From the NCBI GenBank assembly GCA_030704615.1, contig CM060732.1, forward strand, positions 22,382,001 through 22,446,000: a DNA stretch of 64,000 nucleotides. Reading direction: 5' to 3'. Under the pieces are notes generated by a model. The model was not told the origin of the DNA. It searched no databases and saw nothing but the letters and a program-made list of their open reading frames with translations. This DNA comes from Takakia lepidozioides. Its lineage: Eukaryota; Plantae; Bryophyta. Each line of letters opens with the position of its first letter. Position 1 is the first letter of the stretch. Of the stretch, positions 63,001 to 64,000 are shown in pieces. The translations under genes were made by a program, and so were the position numbers.

Positions 63001-64000
63001 AAGAAAACGAAGAGCCAAATAATCAAGAATTGGCCAATATCAGTATTGGAGCTTATACAGTTACAAAAGGAAGAATCAGAAGACATTCAGAATCAAGATC
63101 AAGATCCGGACGATTGGCAATGGCCAATCAAATACTATCTGAACACAGGAAAATTTCCTAAAGACTACACCAAAGATGACAGGAGAAAGCTTTCAATGAA
63201 AAGCAAGCCATACACAATAATCAAGGGAATTCTGTACAAAAGAGGAATTGACTCCATAATGAAAAGATGTGTGAACAAAGAACAAGCCAAAACAGTGATG
63301 CAAGAGCTACACGAAGGAATTGCAGGAGGACACTTCAGTTCTGACCTGACAGCAAAGAATATTATTAGCAGGTTACTGGTGGCCTACTGTATTTGGAGAG
63401 ACTTATGAACACTGTCAACAGTGTGATGTTTGCCAGAGGATGGGACCAGTAGAACGAACTGGAAGGGTACTATGCACCCAATACTACCAACAGAACCATT
63501 TCAACGCTGGGGACTAGACTTCGTGGGACCCATTAAACCTCCAGCAAGGTACACACAGAACCAATACATCCTCACAGCCACTGACTACACTACCAAATGG
63601 GTAGAGGCCAAACTAAGAGACAACACTGCCAGGTCGACAGCCAAATTCTTATATGAAAACATCATCACATGATTTGGTTGCCCACCGGAATTCGTCAGTG
63701 ATCAAGGATCGCATTTTATAAACGATGCCATAAAATGCTTGACGGAGGAGTTCATGATCGTACATCACAAGAGCACTGCTTACTATCCCCAAGGAAATGG
63801 CCAGGCTGAATCTACCAACAAGATATTATACACTATCTTAACCAAGATAGTAAATGCCAATCGTACAGATTGGGACACCAAAATGAACACAACGCTATGG
63901 GCATTCAGGACATCATACAAGGTGACCACAAAACATACACCATTTCAACTGGCCCTATGGAGCAGAGGCACTATTACCCATTGAATGCATGATACCCACA
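57004..64000 (+). mobile_element. Non-chromovirus Ty3/gypsy element (Athila/Tat/Phygy-like), degenerate, runs off the window; 5' LTR 57004-57886
   Basis: LTR runs TGATAAC...GTTAACA; PBS TGGCGACCATACTGGGGA at 57889; gag YDGKSDPDIH; Zn knuckles; VLIDGGSGVN; RT FLDDF; RH NYSTTERE; [10 protein letters not shown] and YYPQGNGQAE. Confidence 0.93.

Overview
Repeat-rich nuclear DNA from a land plant, probably a bryophyte or other non-seed plant (inferred from GT-AG introns, PLS-type PPR relics, Tcn1-like chromoviruses and a moss-like type III PKS). Host genes are a chalcone-synthase-family PKS (355-1787, frameshifted), an intact 3-exon CYP71-clan P450 (46285-49050), a CYP fragment and a decayed PPR gene. 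The rest is nested transposons: Harbinger, several Ty3/gypsy elements, a copia relic and unclassified pieces. The main feature is a 21.5-kb Mutator-like (MULE) DNA transposon at 7064-28517 (about 14.5 kb without a nested LTR element), bounded by short imperfect TIRs and an 8-bp AATATTTG target duplication. It carries (1) a Zn-finger/DDE/SWIM transposase, (2) a divergently transcribed spliced gene joining a ParB/Srx-like domain (DGNHR) to a bacterial-type beta-class N4C/N6A DNA methyltransferase fold, and (3) about 45 copies of a 22-bp palindrome GGAAATGCGG-YR-CCGCATTTCC. The palindromes lie in arrays spaced near multiples of 10.5 bp and singly in three cargo-gene introns. My hypothesis is a self-targeting protein-plus-site module (parS-like, or analogous to VANC anti-silencing). 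All domain calls are by-eye motif recognition; no database search was run. Many frameshifts may be homopolymer sequencing errors.
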